Source: Isurus oxyrinchus (taxonomy: Eukaryota). From it: a stretch of 64,000 bases of DNA. A program made the position numbers and the translations under genes. The notes under the pieces are model-generated. The model did no database searches, was not told the DNA's origin, and saw nothing but the letters and a program-made list of their open reading frames with translations. The stretch lies in NCBI GenBank assembly GCA_026770705.1, contig JANJGN010000013.1:105524001-105588000 (forward strand). Reading direction: 5' to 3'. Positions 1-13,419 of this stretch are shown piece after piece (position 1 is the stretch's first letter; every line of letters starts with the position of its first letter).

Positions 1-1310
1 AACTTGGAAATACAGTGAACTGTGAGAAGGGACAGACCTCAAGAGGTCATAGACAGGATAGCAGAATGGGCAAATATATGGTAGATAAAATTTAACACAG
101 AAGTGCAAAGTGATATATTTTGTTGTCTTATGAGGAAAGGTTGGACAGGTTAGACTTATATCCACTGGAATTTAGAAGAGTAAGACTTGACTGAAACATA
201 TAAGATCCTGAGGGGTCTTGACAGGGTGGATGTGGAGAGGATGTTTCCTTGTGGGGTCACTGTTTAAAAATAAGGGGTCACCCATTTAAAATGGAGATGA
301 GGTGAAATTCTTTCCCTCAGAAGGTCATGAGTCTTTGTAACACTCTTCCTGGAAAGGTGGTGGAAGCAGAGTCTTTGAATATTTTTTATGCAGAGGTGGA
401 TAAATTCTTGGTAAGCAAAGGGGTAATAGGTTATCAGGGGTAGGCAGGATGCAAATTTGAGGTTACTATTAGATCAACTATGATCTTATTAAATGCCACA
501 GCAGACTTGAGGGGCTGAATGGCCTACTCTTGCTCCTTGTTCATATGTTCATTTGGGTCACAAGAATGAGGACAGGCAACATAAATCTAAGGGTACAATT
601 ATAAAGGCAATGCAGGAACAGACAGACTTGAGAGAAGATGGATAAGAAGGTGGCAGGGCAGGGTGAAAAAGTAATTAAAAGGCATATGGAACCCTACGTT
701 TTATAAATAAAGGCATTGAGTACAAAACAAGGAAGTTTTGAAGAACCTTTACAAAACACTGTTTCAGTCTCAACTTGAGGATTGCCCATTCTGGGCCCTA
801 CACTTTAGGAAGGATGCAAAGGCTTTAGAAAGCGTGCAGAGAGGATGTGAAAGCTTTAGAAAGTGCGCAGAAAAGATTCATGAAAATAGTCCCAGCAATG
901 AAAGACCTCAATTATGTGGATAGATTTGAGAAGCTGTGTTGTTCCCTTTAGAGGAGAGTGGGAGGAGATTTGACAGATGTATGAAAATCATGAGGGGTCT
1001 AGACAGAGGGAGAAACTATTCCCATTGGTGGAAGGGTCGAGAAGCAAAGGACACAAATTTAAATAGATTGGCAAAAAGCAAAGGTGACATGAGGCAAACT
1101 TTTTTACACAGCAAGTGGTCATGATCTGGAATGCACTGCCTGAAAGGGTAATGGAGGCAGATTCAATCATGGCTTTCAGAAAGGAATTGGCTAAGCATCT
1201 GAAGGGGAAAATATTATAGGACTACAGGGAAAGTGGGTTGCTCTTGCAAAGAGCTGGCACAGGTTCAATGAGCCAAATAACCTTCTTCTGTGCTGTAACC
1301 ATTCTATGAT
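1..1310 (+). mobile_element. Decayed CR1 LINE 3' region (1-122 and 551-1310) with a second CR1 3' end nested at ~123-550
   Basis: RT C-terminal remnants (NLYKTL..QLEDC..FWALHFRKD..ALE.VQR); CR1-type tails ending in ATGTTC (~545) and TTCTATGATT (~1305); host frame resumes after 550. Confidence 0.8.
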
Positions 1311-2879
1311 TTGCGAATTGTATGTTAACATGTTAAAAGTTATTATGACTATCAAATCTCATCACTTAAAGGCTCAGAAACTTTTATATTTTGATGTTTA
1401 AGATTCTAATTTTAAGGTTATCTATCTTTGCATGTTAAATGTGAATGGAAATATTCTATATCACCTGATATGATTTTGCTGCTTCTGGTCAATTTCTTTT
1501 AACTCTTTCATGAGATACGGGAATCGCTGGCAAAGCCAGCATTTGTTGCCCATTCCTAAATGCCCTTTACATGCTATTTAAAAAATGACTGCATTCCTGT
1601 CATATATTGACAACAAGTTACATTTATATAGTGCCTTTAATGTAGAAAAATATCCTGAGGTGCTTCACTAAGGTGTAATCAATCAAAAATGCACTGCTAC
1701 AAGCAGGAAGATATTATGGAAGGTGATGGAAGGCTAAATTGAATAAATGAGTTTTAAAGGGATGCCTTAAAGCTGGAGAGGGAGGTGGAGACATTAAAGA
1801 ATTTAGGGAGGGGAATTCATTGAGTGGGACCTGGTACAGATTCTTGAGGGACATCACTTATCATACCTCACCCAATCAAAGTACCCTTCACAACTATTCT
1901 GTCTCCTACCTAAATAAATTGCCAACCCACAACACAAGGGTTGCCTCTATTTCCATGTATTTTTGGGGTTTTTTTGCCATTAACATATGAACTTAAGAAA
2001 AAGGAATAGGAGTAGGCCTGGAACCTCTTCCACCATTCAATAAGAACATGGCTGATCTTCTATCTCAGTTCTACTTACCCACCCTATACCCATATCCATC
2101 GATTTCCTTAAAATCCAATCTCTAAATGGCAGTGGGATACAGATTAGCCAGGAGGGGGTGGGGGTGGGGATGGGGTGGTTGGTGATGCACATACTGAGAC
2201 AGCATGAATCAGGGCAACATCTGGCTTAAAATTGGTCTGGAAGTGGCAGCTGGTCAGTCAGTGCAGCATAGTTCAGGTGGCAAGAGGCTACTGACTGGTA
2301 CCATAGGAAGGCTTGCCAACAAGAAGGCAAGTCATAGGGAACAGATTTCAGATGGACGTTGTAGAAAGAGGAGGAAATGGGGTGGGAGCCCAGGCAGGAC
2401 AAGGGGAGACCTAAACTTGATTTTCTTTTTCTTCCACTGGCCCAATACAAAAGTTTTAAAACTTATTTTAAATGGTGTCTTCTGGTTCCAGATCCTTTAC
2501 TCATTGTCTTCACCTGTCAGGATTGCAGCAGAGGCTACTCCACTAAGACCAGAGTTTAAATTACAGTTGAGGCCCAATCATGTCTTGAGACCCCAATCTG
2601 CATGTTTGAAGAAGGACCCTGCTGGCTTCAGGCATGCACTCTTGTCACAGCTCTAGAGAGCAAACTAAAACAGAAGAGAGCTGGATTACATTGCCGCTAA
2701 GTGATCAAGGTTGATTTTAATTGCCTATCTGCCTGGTTTCTGCTGGACAGGTTAAAGTTAAAATCACCACCCCTCCATATATGTGATATTTTTATTATTA
2801 TTAGTAAGATATCCGTGACATATAGAAGCAATAATTTTTTAATATTATTACCACTATCATGTGAGATACAGGAGCATTG

Positions 2880-3695
2880 TATGACACAATATTAAGGGGG
2901 TTAGACAAAGATTGATGAGGCCTTCAGGAACACAATAACAACAGATACAATTTAAATATAGAGCAGTGTCTTGAGGAAAAAAATGAATGGGATTATACAG
3001 TTAATGGAAAACAAGATGGACAAGATCTGGGGATTTATATACATCATTTCATAATAAGAGAAGTGCAGGTGGAGAATGCTGTAACAGGGTATTTTGTTAT
3101 ATATTTAGAAAAGGGGGCATAGAATACACGAGTAAAGAAGTAACGCTGAATTTGTACAAGACAATGGTTGTACAATGTACACAATTAGAACTCAATAGTT
3201 TTGGACATCACATTATAGAAAAGTCATACAGTACAAAATTGAATTCACCAGGGTGACATCAGAATAGGAAACTACAGTCATCATGAGAGACTTAAAGGTA
3301 CTGGGAATTGACAACACACAGCAAGTTAAGAGATTTAGTGAAGGTTTCTAAAAAACATAGAGAGTTTTGCTGAAGTGAAAAGAGAAAGACTATTTCCTCT
3401 GGTTGAACAATCAGTGATGAGAGGTCATCAATTAAAAATTGTTATTAAGAGAGTGAGAGGAGAGGTTAAAAAGAATTTGCACAGAAAGTTGTTGGGGCAT
3501 TCGTGTTTTGTCACAGGGAATGTTGAGACAGAGATAATTGTATATTGTCAGGGAACTTTGGAAAAGTATTTGAAAAAAACAGGGAGATATGAGGCAAAGA
3601 GAAAATGGAATTAGTTTAGAATTGCTCTAGCAAGGAGTAGGCACAGGCAGGATATACTGAATGGCCTCCATCTAATCTTAAAACTATGATCATAT
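2880..3695 (+). mobile_element. Old CR1 LINE 3' fragment
   Basis: RERLFPLV..S.MRGHQLKI motif and CR1-type 3' UTR. Confidence 0.7.
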
Positions 3696-3861
3696 GACTC
3701 ATGCCAATATATCATTATTAATACGGGTAGTATCACTGTAAAATATAAGAGCATTACATTAATGTAGACATGATTGTTAAGTGTCAGCACAGTTCAATGG
3801 TAGCACTTTCAGAGTCAGGTCATGCGTTCAAGTTCCACCACAAGAATAAGCCTATAATCTA

Positions 3862-3995
3862 AAAGCAAAAAACTGCGAATGCTGGCAATCCGAAACAAAA
3901 ACAAAAATATCTGGAAAAACTCAGCAGGTCTGACAGCATCTGCGGAGAGGAATACAGTTAACGTTTCGAGTCCATATGACTCTTCACCAGAACAA
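3862..3995 (-). mobile_element. Short Penelope-like (family A) terminal-repeat insertion inside a tRNA-SINE head
   Basis: Homologous to 21588-21725 and 34188-34327; flanked by direct repeat CCTATAATCTA (3851-3861 and 3996-4006). Confidence 0.8.
3957..3993 (-). ncRNA. Minimal hammerhead ribozyme-like motif (family A, variant core)
   Basis: Minus strand GUU-CUGGUGA-A-GAGUC-AUAUG-GACUC-GAAA-CGUU-AAC; palindromic AACGUU at stem III. Confidence 0.6.
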
Positions 3996-6009
3996 CCTAT
4001 AATCTAGTTTTGTGTAGCTGTTAAAGTGAAGGTCAGATACTTGTCCTAACAATACTCAGTGTCACATAACAATGGATGTAAATAACAATGGAAATAAAGT
4101 AATTGATTACAATTTAAAATGGATGAGAACCACAGTTTAAGAATTGGAGTGAATGGGAGGTAATCTTTGTATACTATAATTGTGTGGTTGGATCAGTTGC
4201 ACATTTAGAAATTTTACTTTTAGGCTCAGACCTGTTTTTGGCCTTCATTAGTGCCAGCCTGAAATTGGTTTCCAGAGTTTGTGTGCTTCCCCTTCTCATG
4301 TTCCCTTCTTCCATGTTTCAACTGTGTCACTACTCTGCAGGATGCAGCCACCTCAGCAATCACTGACCTATATATTCACTAGACTCTTTTAAAGACTTTC
4401 ATTATTTATTGCAGTTTGTCTACATTTTGTACTCTTTCTAGATCTGTAAAAGATTTAGATCTTCTGGTCCATATTCTTCCCTGCCAGTGTGCACAGTGTA
4501 TGATTTCAACAGCATTTAACGCTCTGCATGCCATATCGAATTTTAATTATTGCCATGAGCTTGTAATCTACTAAAGGAAGACAAGACAGAATCAAATACA
4601 ACAGGATTCCAGGTAAAACACATATGGTACTTCCTTAAAAACAATTTAAATTTTAATTTCAATGCTGTAATAAATTCTATTGTATACAGCACATATACTT
4701 AATAAAACAAGAACAAGATTATATTCTTCAACAATTATAGTTGATTTCTAAGCTGTCCATTCTAAATTAGACTTCAGCTCTGGTGTAATTCTGAGGTATG
4801 CATTGTTGTGAAACGAATATTAACACAGACGTTCACTGTTACATCAGGCATACTGGAATTTCATAGAGGCACAGAAAAGCTACTCTAAATGCATTGGTAA
4901 GGAAATATCTCTTTCTCAACCAAGCATTACACTGTATCATACTTTTGGCTGGAAGAATTAGTAATGAAGCCAAAGAGATAGAATCATTGCATTTACAGCA
5001 CAGGAGGCCTTTCAGCCCTTTAGGGACAGGTTCAGATGGAGAGCAGGGTTTATACGGAAAGCAGGGCTGCCTGTGTAAAGGGTAAAACTGTGCTAGTGCT
5101 CACTCTTCAGCTGCAACCACCTGGTCTAATTAAATTTCTTTGCCCTTCCACCACCACTCCAATATTCTCACTCTGCTAATACCTGTTCAATTGTTTTTTT
5201 TTATATATATGATCTACAGATTTTCTCTCAGTCCCCCACCACACAACCACAAAAGTGTGCTACACCTACAGACGGAGCAGTGCCATTCGGTTTTCTGACC
5301 CAGGTGTTTTCCCATGACCCATCTCCCAGGAGCCTCACACTGGCAATGGTAGCCACAAACAGTGGGTCTGAGAGGCCACTGAAATAACCAGAAGGTCCCA
5401 AGGCTTGAAAATTTTATTTGGGGCATGTGGGAGCCAGCAAGACTGCTGCAACTTGAATCTTCAGGATGCTCGATGGTACTCCACAGGTTTTGTGGGGTGA
5501 GGGTCACTGCCATTTGGGAATCTCAGGAAATCCTGGGGCAGTATAATGGGGTGGGGATTGAATGTAACAGGTCTCCACCTCCATTTCATCTACACCTGTA
5601 AACTAAGTGATTCCTAGGTGCCATACCATTATCTCTACCTCAATAGCCAATTTCTTTACACATCCCAATAGCTTGTGTGGAAAAAAAATCTAACTTCCCT
5701 CTTCATTCTTCTATACATAATTCTCAATCTATTTCCCCTTGCTACTCATTTGTCAACCAGTTTTGCCACCTACCCTCTCAATTCTTGCATTACTTTAACT
5801 CCTGTTAGAACCCTCCCCTCAAAACTTTTCAGCTTTCTTCATAGCTTTAACCCCTCACTCCCAGTACCGTAGTTGTAAAATCACAAAATGCAGGAAACTC
5901 TGACAAGGATACAATTTAGTGTCCATCACTAGTTGCCATGGGAAGATAGGGGTGGCACTTTTTCTTGAACTACTGCATTCCTAGTGAATTCTATTAAACC
6001 TTAGCTGTT

Positions 6010-6660
6010 AGCGGGGTGGTGAAAAAGGCAAATGGGACACTTGCCTTTATCAATCGAAGCATGGATTACAAAAGATTATGTTGGAGTTGTATAGAACCTT
6101 GGTGAGGCCACAGCTGGAGTACTGTGTGCAGTTCTGGTTGCCGCATTATAGGAAGGATGTGATTGCACTGGAGGGGGTGCAGAGGAGATTCACCAAGATG
6201 TTGCCTGGGATGAAACATTTAAGTTATGAAGAGAGGTTGGATAGACTTGGGTTGTGTTTTTGTTGGAGCAGAGAAGAATGAGGGGCGACCTAATCAAGGT
6301 GTACAAGATTATGAGGGGCATGGACATGGTGAATAGGGAACAGCTGTTTCCCTTAGTTGAAGGGTCAGTCACAAAGGGGCATAAATTCAAGGTGAGGGGC
6401 AGGAGGTTTAGGGGGATGTGAGGAAAAACTTCTTTACTCAGAGGGTGGTGATGGTCTGGAATGCACTGCCTGGGAGGGTGGTGGAGGCGGGTTGCCTCAC
6501 ATCCTTTCAAAAGTACCTGGATGAGCACTTGGCACATCATAACATTCAAGGTTATGGGCCAAACGCTAGTAAATGGGAATAGGTAGGTAGGTCAGGTGTT
6601 TCTCACGTGTCGGTGCAGACTTGATGGGCCGAAGGGCCTCTTCTGCACTGTGTGATTCTG
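6010..6660 (+). mobile_element. Relatively young CR1 LINE 3' end
   Basis: LELYRTLVRPQLEYCVQFWLPHYRKDVIALEGVQRRFTKMLPGM; tail GTGATTCTGT; same 3' UTR as 31286-31430. Confidence 0.9.
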
Positions 6661-7194
6661 TTAATGTGCTCCCAAAACTCTTCTAATCAATGTCTCAGAC
6701 AAATCACTACCTTGGTTTTGTATTCAGGCCACCTATGCATAAAACTCCGAATAGAAGTAGCATTAAGTTTTATTACTATGATAAACTGGAAAAACATCAA
6801 TGAACCTTAAAATTGTTCACAATAGTTCATCTTTCTTCAATCATTATACATATCAGTACAAAGGTAAAAGTGACATTGATAGATTTGTGTAGCTATAAAA
6901 CAGAATATGTAATTGTGAAAATTAAGTGAAAACTTGGCAACAATTTCAGGTAATGCGCATGTTATTCATCAATTTTCCCGTAAATACACTATTTCCAGGC
7001 AACTGTATTCACATTGTGATCTCTGCTTTATTTGCAATCATGTGGTCCTGCCATCTGAATCAATTAGTAAAACCAAGATGCATGGTTAGGCTAAATGTAC
7101 TGGAAATAGATTCCCTGCCATTTACTGTAAATTATTCCTTCATCAGGATTCTGAATTTAAAACAGAGTACTAACTTATAATGAATACTGGAACT

Positions 7195-7391
7195 NNNNNN
7201 NNNNNNNNNNNNNNNNNNNNNNNNNNNNNNNNNNNNNNNNNNNNNNNNNNNNNNNNNNNNNNNNNNNNNNNNNNNNNNNNNNNNNNNNNNNNNNNNNNNN
7301 NNNNNNNNNNNNNNNNNNNNNNNNNNNNNNNNNNNNNNNNNNNNNNNNNNNNNNNNNNNNNNNNNNNNNNNNNNNNNNNNNNNNNNNNNNN
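7195..7391. other. Assembly gap (run of N)
   Basis: 197 consecutive N. Confidence 1.
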
Positions 7392-8240
7392 ATGCTGTCT
7401 GTACAAAACTAAATTCATATTTTCTTTGTGTGTCCTGTCCAGTTCAGGATTTTTTTGACCATTTTTCTACATGAAGGATTTGGAGAAAAGCTATTTTTTA
7501 AGTATTGGGGTTTAGAAGGAAAGCAGACTTGGACAAGTTTAAAAAGCAAGGCAATGGGCTGCAGACCAGACAATAATGCTGTTATCCTGGATGATCAGCA
7601 ACTTTAGAGGAGATGTTATTTCATCCCAATAATAAATGGAATGTCCCTTCCTGTTAAGTATTATTTGAAGTTAATTTCAAACCCTGGGTTGTTGGGGGTG
7701 TGGGGGGTTGTGTGGGGGGGGGGTGGTTTGTGTGTGGATTCAGTCGCAGATTTGATTAGTAAATATTCCAACCAACTCCTGAACAGGACAACAGATCAGG
7801 TACCAAATCTGAACCTCTGCGGGGACAGGACAGAGATGAACTAAGGCCACATTTTGGCAGTCAGGTTTGAAAAAAAGCTGTGAACTCCCTTTGCTGAGTC
7901 AAAACTGGCAAACCATAAACAGGTAACTTGTTTAAGTCAGGAAAGACAACTCACTAATGTGGGAATGCATGACGTGCTCTTTACTTTGTACCATTACACA
8001 CAGATATGTTGTAATTGACCTCAGTGAACCTGATCATAACTGTTGCCATATATGTTCATTTGCTTGAAATAAATGAAATGTTATGATTTGTATCAAGCCT
8101 CATCTCACTATATTTGTTCAGTCCACCTTTAGAGGGATTAAAGAACTAGCGATAGACATAGATAGCTGGTCCAGGTTTCAAAGGACTATTATTGTTACAG
8201 ACCTCAGTTAAGTTATGGCACATGTAGTTATAAGTGGCTG

Positions 8241-8592
8241 GTGGTGGCGTAGTGGTAATGTTACTGGATTCGTAATCCAGAGGCCCTGGCTAATGCTCAC
8301 AACAACAGCTAATGGAATTTGAATTCAGTTCATAAATCTAGAACATAAAAAGTAATGGTGACCATGAAGCCATTGTTGACTGTCGTTAAAAACCCATCTG
8401 GATCACTAATGTCCCATTAGGGAAGGAAATCTGCCATCTTTACCCAGCCTGGCCTACATGTGACTCCAGACCCATTGCAATGTGCTTGACTCTTAACTGC
8501 CCTCTGAGCAAGCCACTCAATTCAAGGGCAGTTAGGGATGGGCAACAAATGCTGGCCTTGCTGACGACACCCACATCCCGTAAATGAATAAA
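8241..8592 (+). mobile_element. tRNA-headed SINE made of the 5' and 3' ends of the 45263-48487 LINE
   Basis: A box TGGCGTAGTGG; body matches 45270-45560, then jumps to the LINE's last ~70 nt (CAAGGGCA..CCCGTAAATGAATAAA); B-box segment deleted in this copy. Confidence 0.85.
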
Positions 8593-9714
8593 GGAAAGAA
8601 TGATATAGGAAAGTGTGAACTCTCCAAAACATAGGATGTTCAGATCCTTTATGGGAGGGAATGATACTAGCCCAGAAGGTATCTAATCGAGACCGTGAAT
8701 AGGTTCCTTTTTCAGTTTTGATTCTGGTGCCTGCTCCGCCAAACGTTGAACACCATACAGCATGGTCTAAATGAGTCAGTGCCATCCAGTGTCATTGCGA
8801 TGCACATGGCAGAAAACACAGAAGCACCATGTATCCCTCATTTGCATGTCTTATTGGCAGGTGCCATTTCTGGAGCAGCAGAAAGCAATGGGGACTGGGC
8901 AATGTGCATCCCTGAGTTGCTTTCTGTCTTCACCTGCCACAGCTCCAACAAAAAAATTGTTAAGGAGGCAGAAAGGCTAGTCGACAATGTGCTATCTGAG
9001 TTATCTTAGAAAAGGCACAATGTTATGGTACAGAGAGACTCTTTCAGACAGAAAATACCACATTGCTTCAATGTCAAATGCATGATATACCTTGGGGTAA
9101 ATCGTGAGGCTCACTGGATTGGAGCATTCTGAAAGTTCAAAGCTATAATTATTAGTTAATCAGTTCAGTATCCACTTTGCAATGCAAATAGGATGACTTT
9201 GTTATTGTTGGAATGGGTTACTGGGAATCAAAGATGAGTTTGGTTTCAGGGGAACTAAGAACAGAAACAGCATTAAAAACAATAGCAATGTCAGCAGAAA
9301 AAGCAAAAGACCACAACTGATCCCAGCACAAATGGCCAAAGCACTTCTCCCTATGCAGATCGCAAACCGGTTTCACTAAGCTCTTTGCCTGTTCAGAGCT
9401 TCCCCAGTGATGTGCCGCAGCCAAAAAATTGAAGCTGTGGGTGCAGAAATCAGTGTTGCTTGCGCATGTGCAGTTGTTTCAAAAAGACTTTAAACTACTT
9501 TTTTATTCAATAATTTTGCCAATTACTAGGTAAGGTCTACAAATATAAAAAATGGTGAAACCACTCACTACTTGGACATAAATGAATTGGAGGGTTTCAG
9601 TCATATGTGCAGTCATATCCATTTGCCAGCTGTTTCCATTCCCTCCTGCCAAAAAATTCCCCATTCTGCAAACGGTAGTAAGAGGGCAGAAATTTTTAAA
9701 AGGGCAATTATGCA

Positions 9715-9915
9715 TTATAGAAATCCAATCCAAAATCTGTACTATCAAAGCTCTTTTTCATACTCCATATTATAAAAGCCCCATTCTGTAATTTGTACTA
9801 GAAAATTCTCATTTTATGATTTGTGCTATTAAAGTCCCATCCTATAATTTATATTAAAAAGTCCCAATCCATAATCTATTTTATGAAAATTCCATTCTTT
9901 ATATTAGTCATGGAA
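9715..9915. repeat. Degenerate minisatellite, ~27-28 bp unit
   Basis: Recurring CCCATTCTRTAATTTRTACTA-AAARt-like units. Confidence 0.6.
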
Positions 9916-10316
9916 TCTTTCTTGAAAACATATAGCCTGAATGATAAAATGTCACAATATAACAATATGAAAGAGTTTGCTTACCCTTTAGGACACATAC
10001 TGTTGCCAGTTCTTGCACCCGGTACTTAATTCTGTCTGACTGTTAAAACTCCTTGACCAGTTTCCTGACTGTAGTGATCTGAACTATTTTAGATATATCA
10101 CATTAAGTCTTGTATATATCAAATGGTATAATTATGTCAAGCCTTTTATAGGTTGCAACACATCACACGGTTCTGATGACATTACTTAATTGAACAAACT
10201 GCTTTTGATGTTAATGAAGTTATCTGAATGCTAAAACATGCTGCAGCCTTGTGGCACTGGCCTAAGTATTCATTATCCAATAGATAATCCAGCACAAAGC
10301 CCCATTAATCTATATA

Positions 10317-10547
10317 CAGGCACCAAACCCTTTATCCGGCATCGCAAAATTCAGAAGGAACCAAAAACTAGCAACTTTCGAAGCTGGCACCCTGTGTAGC
10401 AATTTGAATAAAATCCTTATATTCTTTATTTTTCACACTTTCTTTTATGTATTATAAGTATGTGCTAGGCATAGGACCCAAAATCTATAAAATCCCCAAT
10501 TCGGCAATGCACAGTCCCAAGCTTCCAGATATTAGGTCTAGTACCTG
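10317..10547. mobile_element. Tc1/mariner-pogo (Tigger-like) MITE
   Basis: TA|CAGGCACCAAACC ... GGTCTAGTACCTG|TA: imperfect TIRs with TA on both sides. Confidence 0.6.
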
Positions 10548-12769
10548 TATAACATCAAATTTTACACAAAGCAATTTGATTCCAGGAATAATCATTGTCC
10601 ACATTCTCCAACAGAGCTGTTCCTTTTTTGTCAGAACTTTTAACAGTGACCTTGTACTGAAATTGAATTATGTGATGCAACATTTCATTAATGCAGGAAT
10701 TCTAGAGCTTCTAGCAGCTGCCACTTAATAATGGCAACTGGAAAAAAGAGGGCCCTTAAGTATTTTAAAGAAGTGTTTATACCATGAAATGATTGCATTC
10801 TGTGAAGGTTAGACAAGGGGTATCATATGCTTTCCTATGACATTTTAACATGCAAAAACTCTTAGATGCACAAAAGATTTGCACTATTTCTCAAAGTCTC
10901 CATGAGAGAGTAACTGAAAGTGATTCTTTGGCAAATATGACTTATAAGAAATAAATATGAAGGAAATGTGAAATCACAATAAATATATAACTTTTGACAA
11001 TAACTGGATTAATATCAACTCTTGAAAAGCTATAATCAGATTATTTGAAAGATTTCTTCCAGATAAATAACATTTTGACTAAAGCGCAATACTTTTGCAT
11101 TTGGTTTTGGATTTTGAACAAGGATTTCCAACCACTTAACACGTGTGCCTTTTGCACACATATTGTCATATAAAATGAGTTCACCAAGGTATTTCCAAAT
11201 CACAAATTAGCCACAGTAAAAAGTATCCATTTTTTGTCCTCTTCATAATCTTGGTAAAAAATGCGTCACTAACATGGTGGACATGATGCAGATTCCTTTA
11301 TTTTCACTTTTCCGTATTTGCTTAATGTCCCTTTGTAACTTTTCAACTTGCAGGTATTATAATTGTTACAAGGTTTTCCTGAATTTGTATTCACCCCGGA
11401 AATTAGCCAACACGGGAAATAAAAAAAACAATTGCATGTCTGGACAAGTCAATGGTCTCATAGGCTACTTTTAAGTTATCAGTAATAAAGAATTCTTTGA
11501 ATGATCCATACTTAATCATTTACTGAGCAATGCACCAACCAATGCTGTAACTAATGTAGAAAGGCCATGATTCTTCATCACCGATGAAAAATACATTTAT
11601 TTTTTTACATAAATAGTTTAGAGTAGAAAATAGTAGTCTTTGTAACTATTAGTAAGTTTTGATTTTATTCTTATGTATGTATGTGAAGACAGAACAAGAC
11701 ATTTATTATCATTAAACAACTGTACAAGTTTGAAAGGTTTCCCTTTTCATTGTTTTGTGTAGACCTGAGTAAAATTGTACCTGATTCAATTCAGTTCTTT
11801 ATTTGACAACAATTAAAAATGATGTAATTTTTAATGGTTAGTTATACATTCATTACTGATTGTGGTTATCTATTTGTTATAAGAAATCAAAGGGCAATTT
11901 ACCTACAAGTTAATTTGAAATGAGCCTGTAGTGTTTTTAATCAAAGCAATTTCAAGTCCTTCAAATATTATTACAGGTGCATCATCACATTTAAATAGAT
12001 TATCTACCACTTTACTGAATGTCTGGAAGTTGATATATAATTTAGTTTCATGAAGGAATTCTCAATAGTACAATGAATTTACAAAGACACAACATCACTC
12101 TTATTTGTTGATGAAATACACACAGGTCAGCTTTGCCCATGAGTAGAAAATGTTTAATATATGCATATCAAATATATGTGTAGAGCAAGCAGCCACAGCA
12201 GGTTTAAAATGAATCAGCAAAATGGTGGGTAGAATTCAATGGAATGTTTCTACATATTAATCAATTACTTTTGAATAGGTTATGATTTCATAATTGAGCC
12301 ATAAGTGTCATATTATGATGACCTCACTTGTCTTAAATTTGTATTCCAATATAAGTAAACAAATCTTGAAAGCTTATGCGACATTAACAAACAGTTTATA
12401 TTTTAAATATTTAAAGTGTTTTCAATCATTTTCACTGTATGCAATTTAACGGAGCCTACACGTATTTTGCAAAATATTGACAATGCTGTAACTACCTACT
12501 GTTCCATGTGTTCTTCCCTTATTATTCATTGCAACAAAATGCCACTTATCACTCCATATAGATTAATACAACAACTCTTATAGTTTAAATTTGTATTAGA
12601 TCTAAGGAGACATAATATGTATTATATAATTTAATACACAAACACACATATATCTAACAAGAATATTACACACATTCTGAGCAAATATTACAAAATGCAA
12701 ATAACAGCATACTTGATCTGTTGGTGACAAATAGTGTAAATTGTTGCTCTGATTTCCTTCTCCCCATCA

Positions 12770-13170
12770 TCAGCTCTGGCTCAGTGGCTGGCAAGCTTGC
12801 CTCTGTGTTCAAGTCCCACTCCAGGGCTTGAGCACAAAAACCAAGGCTAACCCTCCAGTGCAGTGCTCGGGTACCTCCTTTTTGATGAGATATTAAAACG
12901 AGGGCCCATCAGCCTGCTTGGGTGCATGTAAAAGATCCGAAAACATCATTTTAAAGAAGAGCAAGGGATCTATCCCTAGTGTCCTGGCCAATATTTATCC
13001 CTCAATCAACATCACAAGAAAACAAATAATCTGGTCATTATCACTTTGCTGTTTAGGGGTGTACGCTGTGTACAAATTAGCTGCTGCATTTCCTAAGTTG
13101 CAACAGTGACTACACTTCAGAAGTACTGCATTGGTTGTAAAGTGCTCCTCCAGTTGTCGTGAAAAATGTT
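12770..13170 (+). mobile_element. tRNA-derived SINE with Deu-like central domain
   Basis: TGGCTCAGTGG A box, GTTCAAGTCCC B box, TCCCTAGTGTCCTGGCCAATATTTATCCCTCAA core; paralogous to 17365-17800, 37295-37530, 38385-38945 and 56080-56425. Confidence 0.75.
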
Positions 13171-13419
13171 ACATTGAATAGGTGTTTGCCATAGAGTCTT
13201 GGCAATCACGTAGGAAATTTAGATCCATATTCCCATTAATTTGCATACATCTCAAGTTGTGAATGCTAGCAGATATTGGTTGTTTGATTTAAAATGTACT
13301 CACCAATGAAGTAATGAAAGGCACCCATTCCAAATCTTCAGGCTAGTGATACTGTTCAGGGATTCATCCTCTGTTTATACCGATATTTTATGTTAACCAA
13401 AAAATGATTACTAGGTGCC

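Noticed and set aside
2154-2180. G-quadruplex-like G-runs (also 7694-7727)
   Set aside because: Common low-complexity motifs with no functional context here.
7170-7458. ORFs containing X runs
   Set aside because: They span the N gap.
8746-9009. 87-aa plus-strand ORF and short minus-strand exon-like frames
   Set aside because: No consistent splice or start context and no homology recognised.
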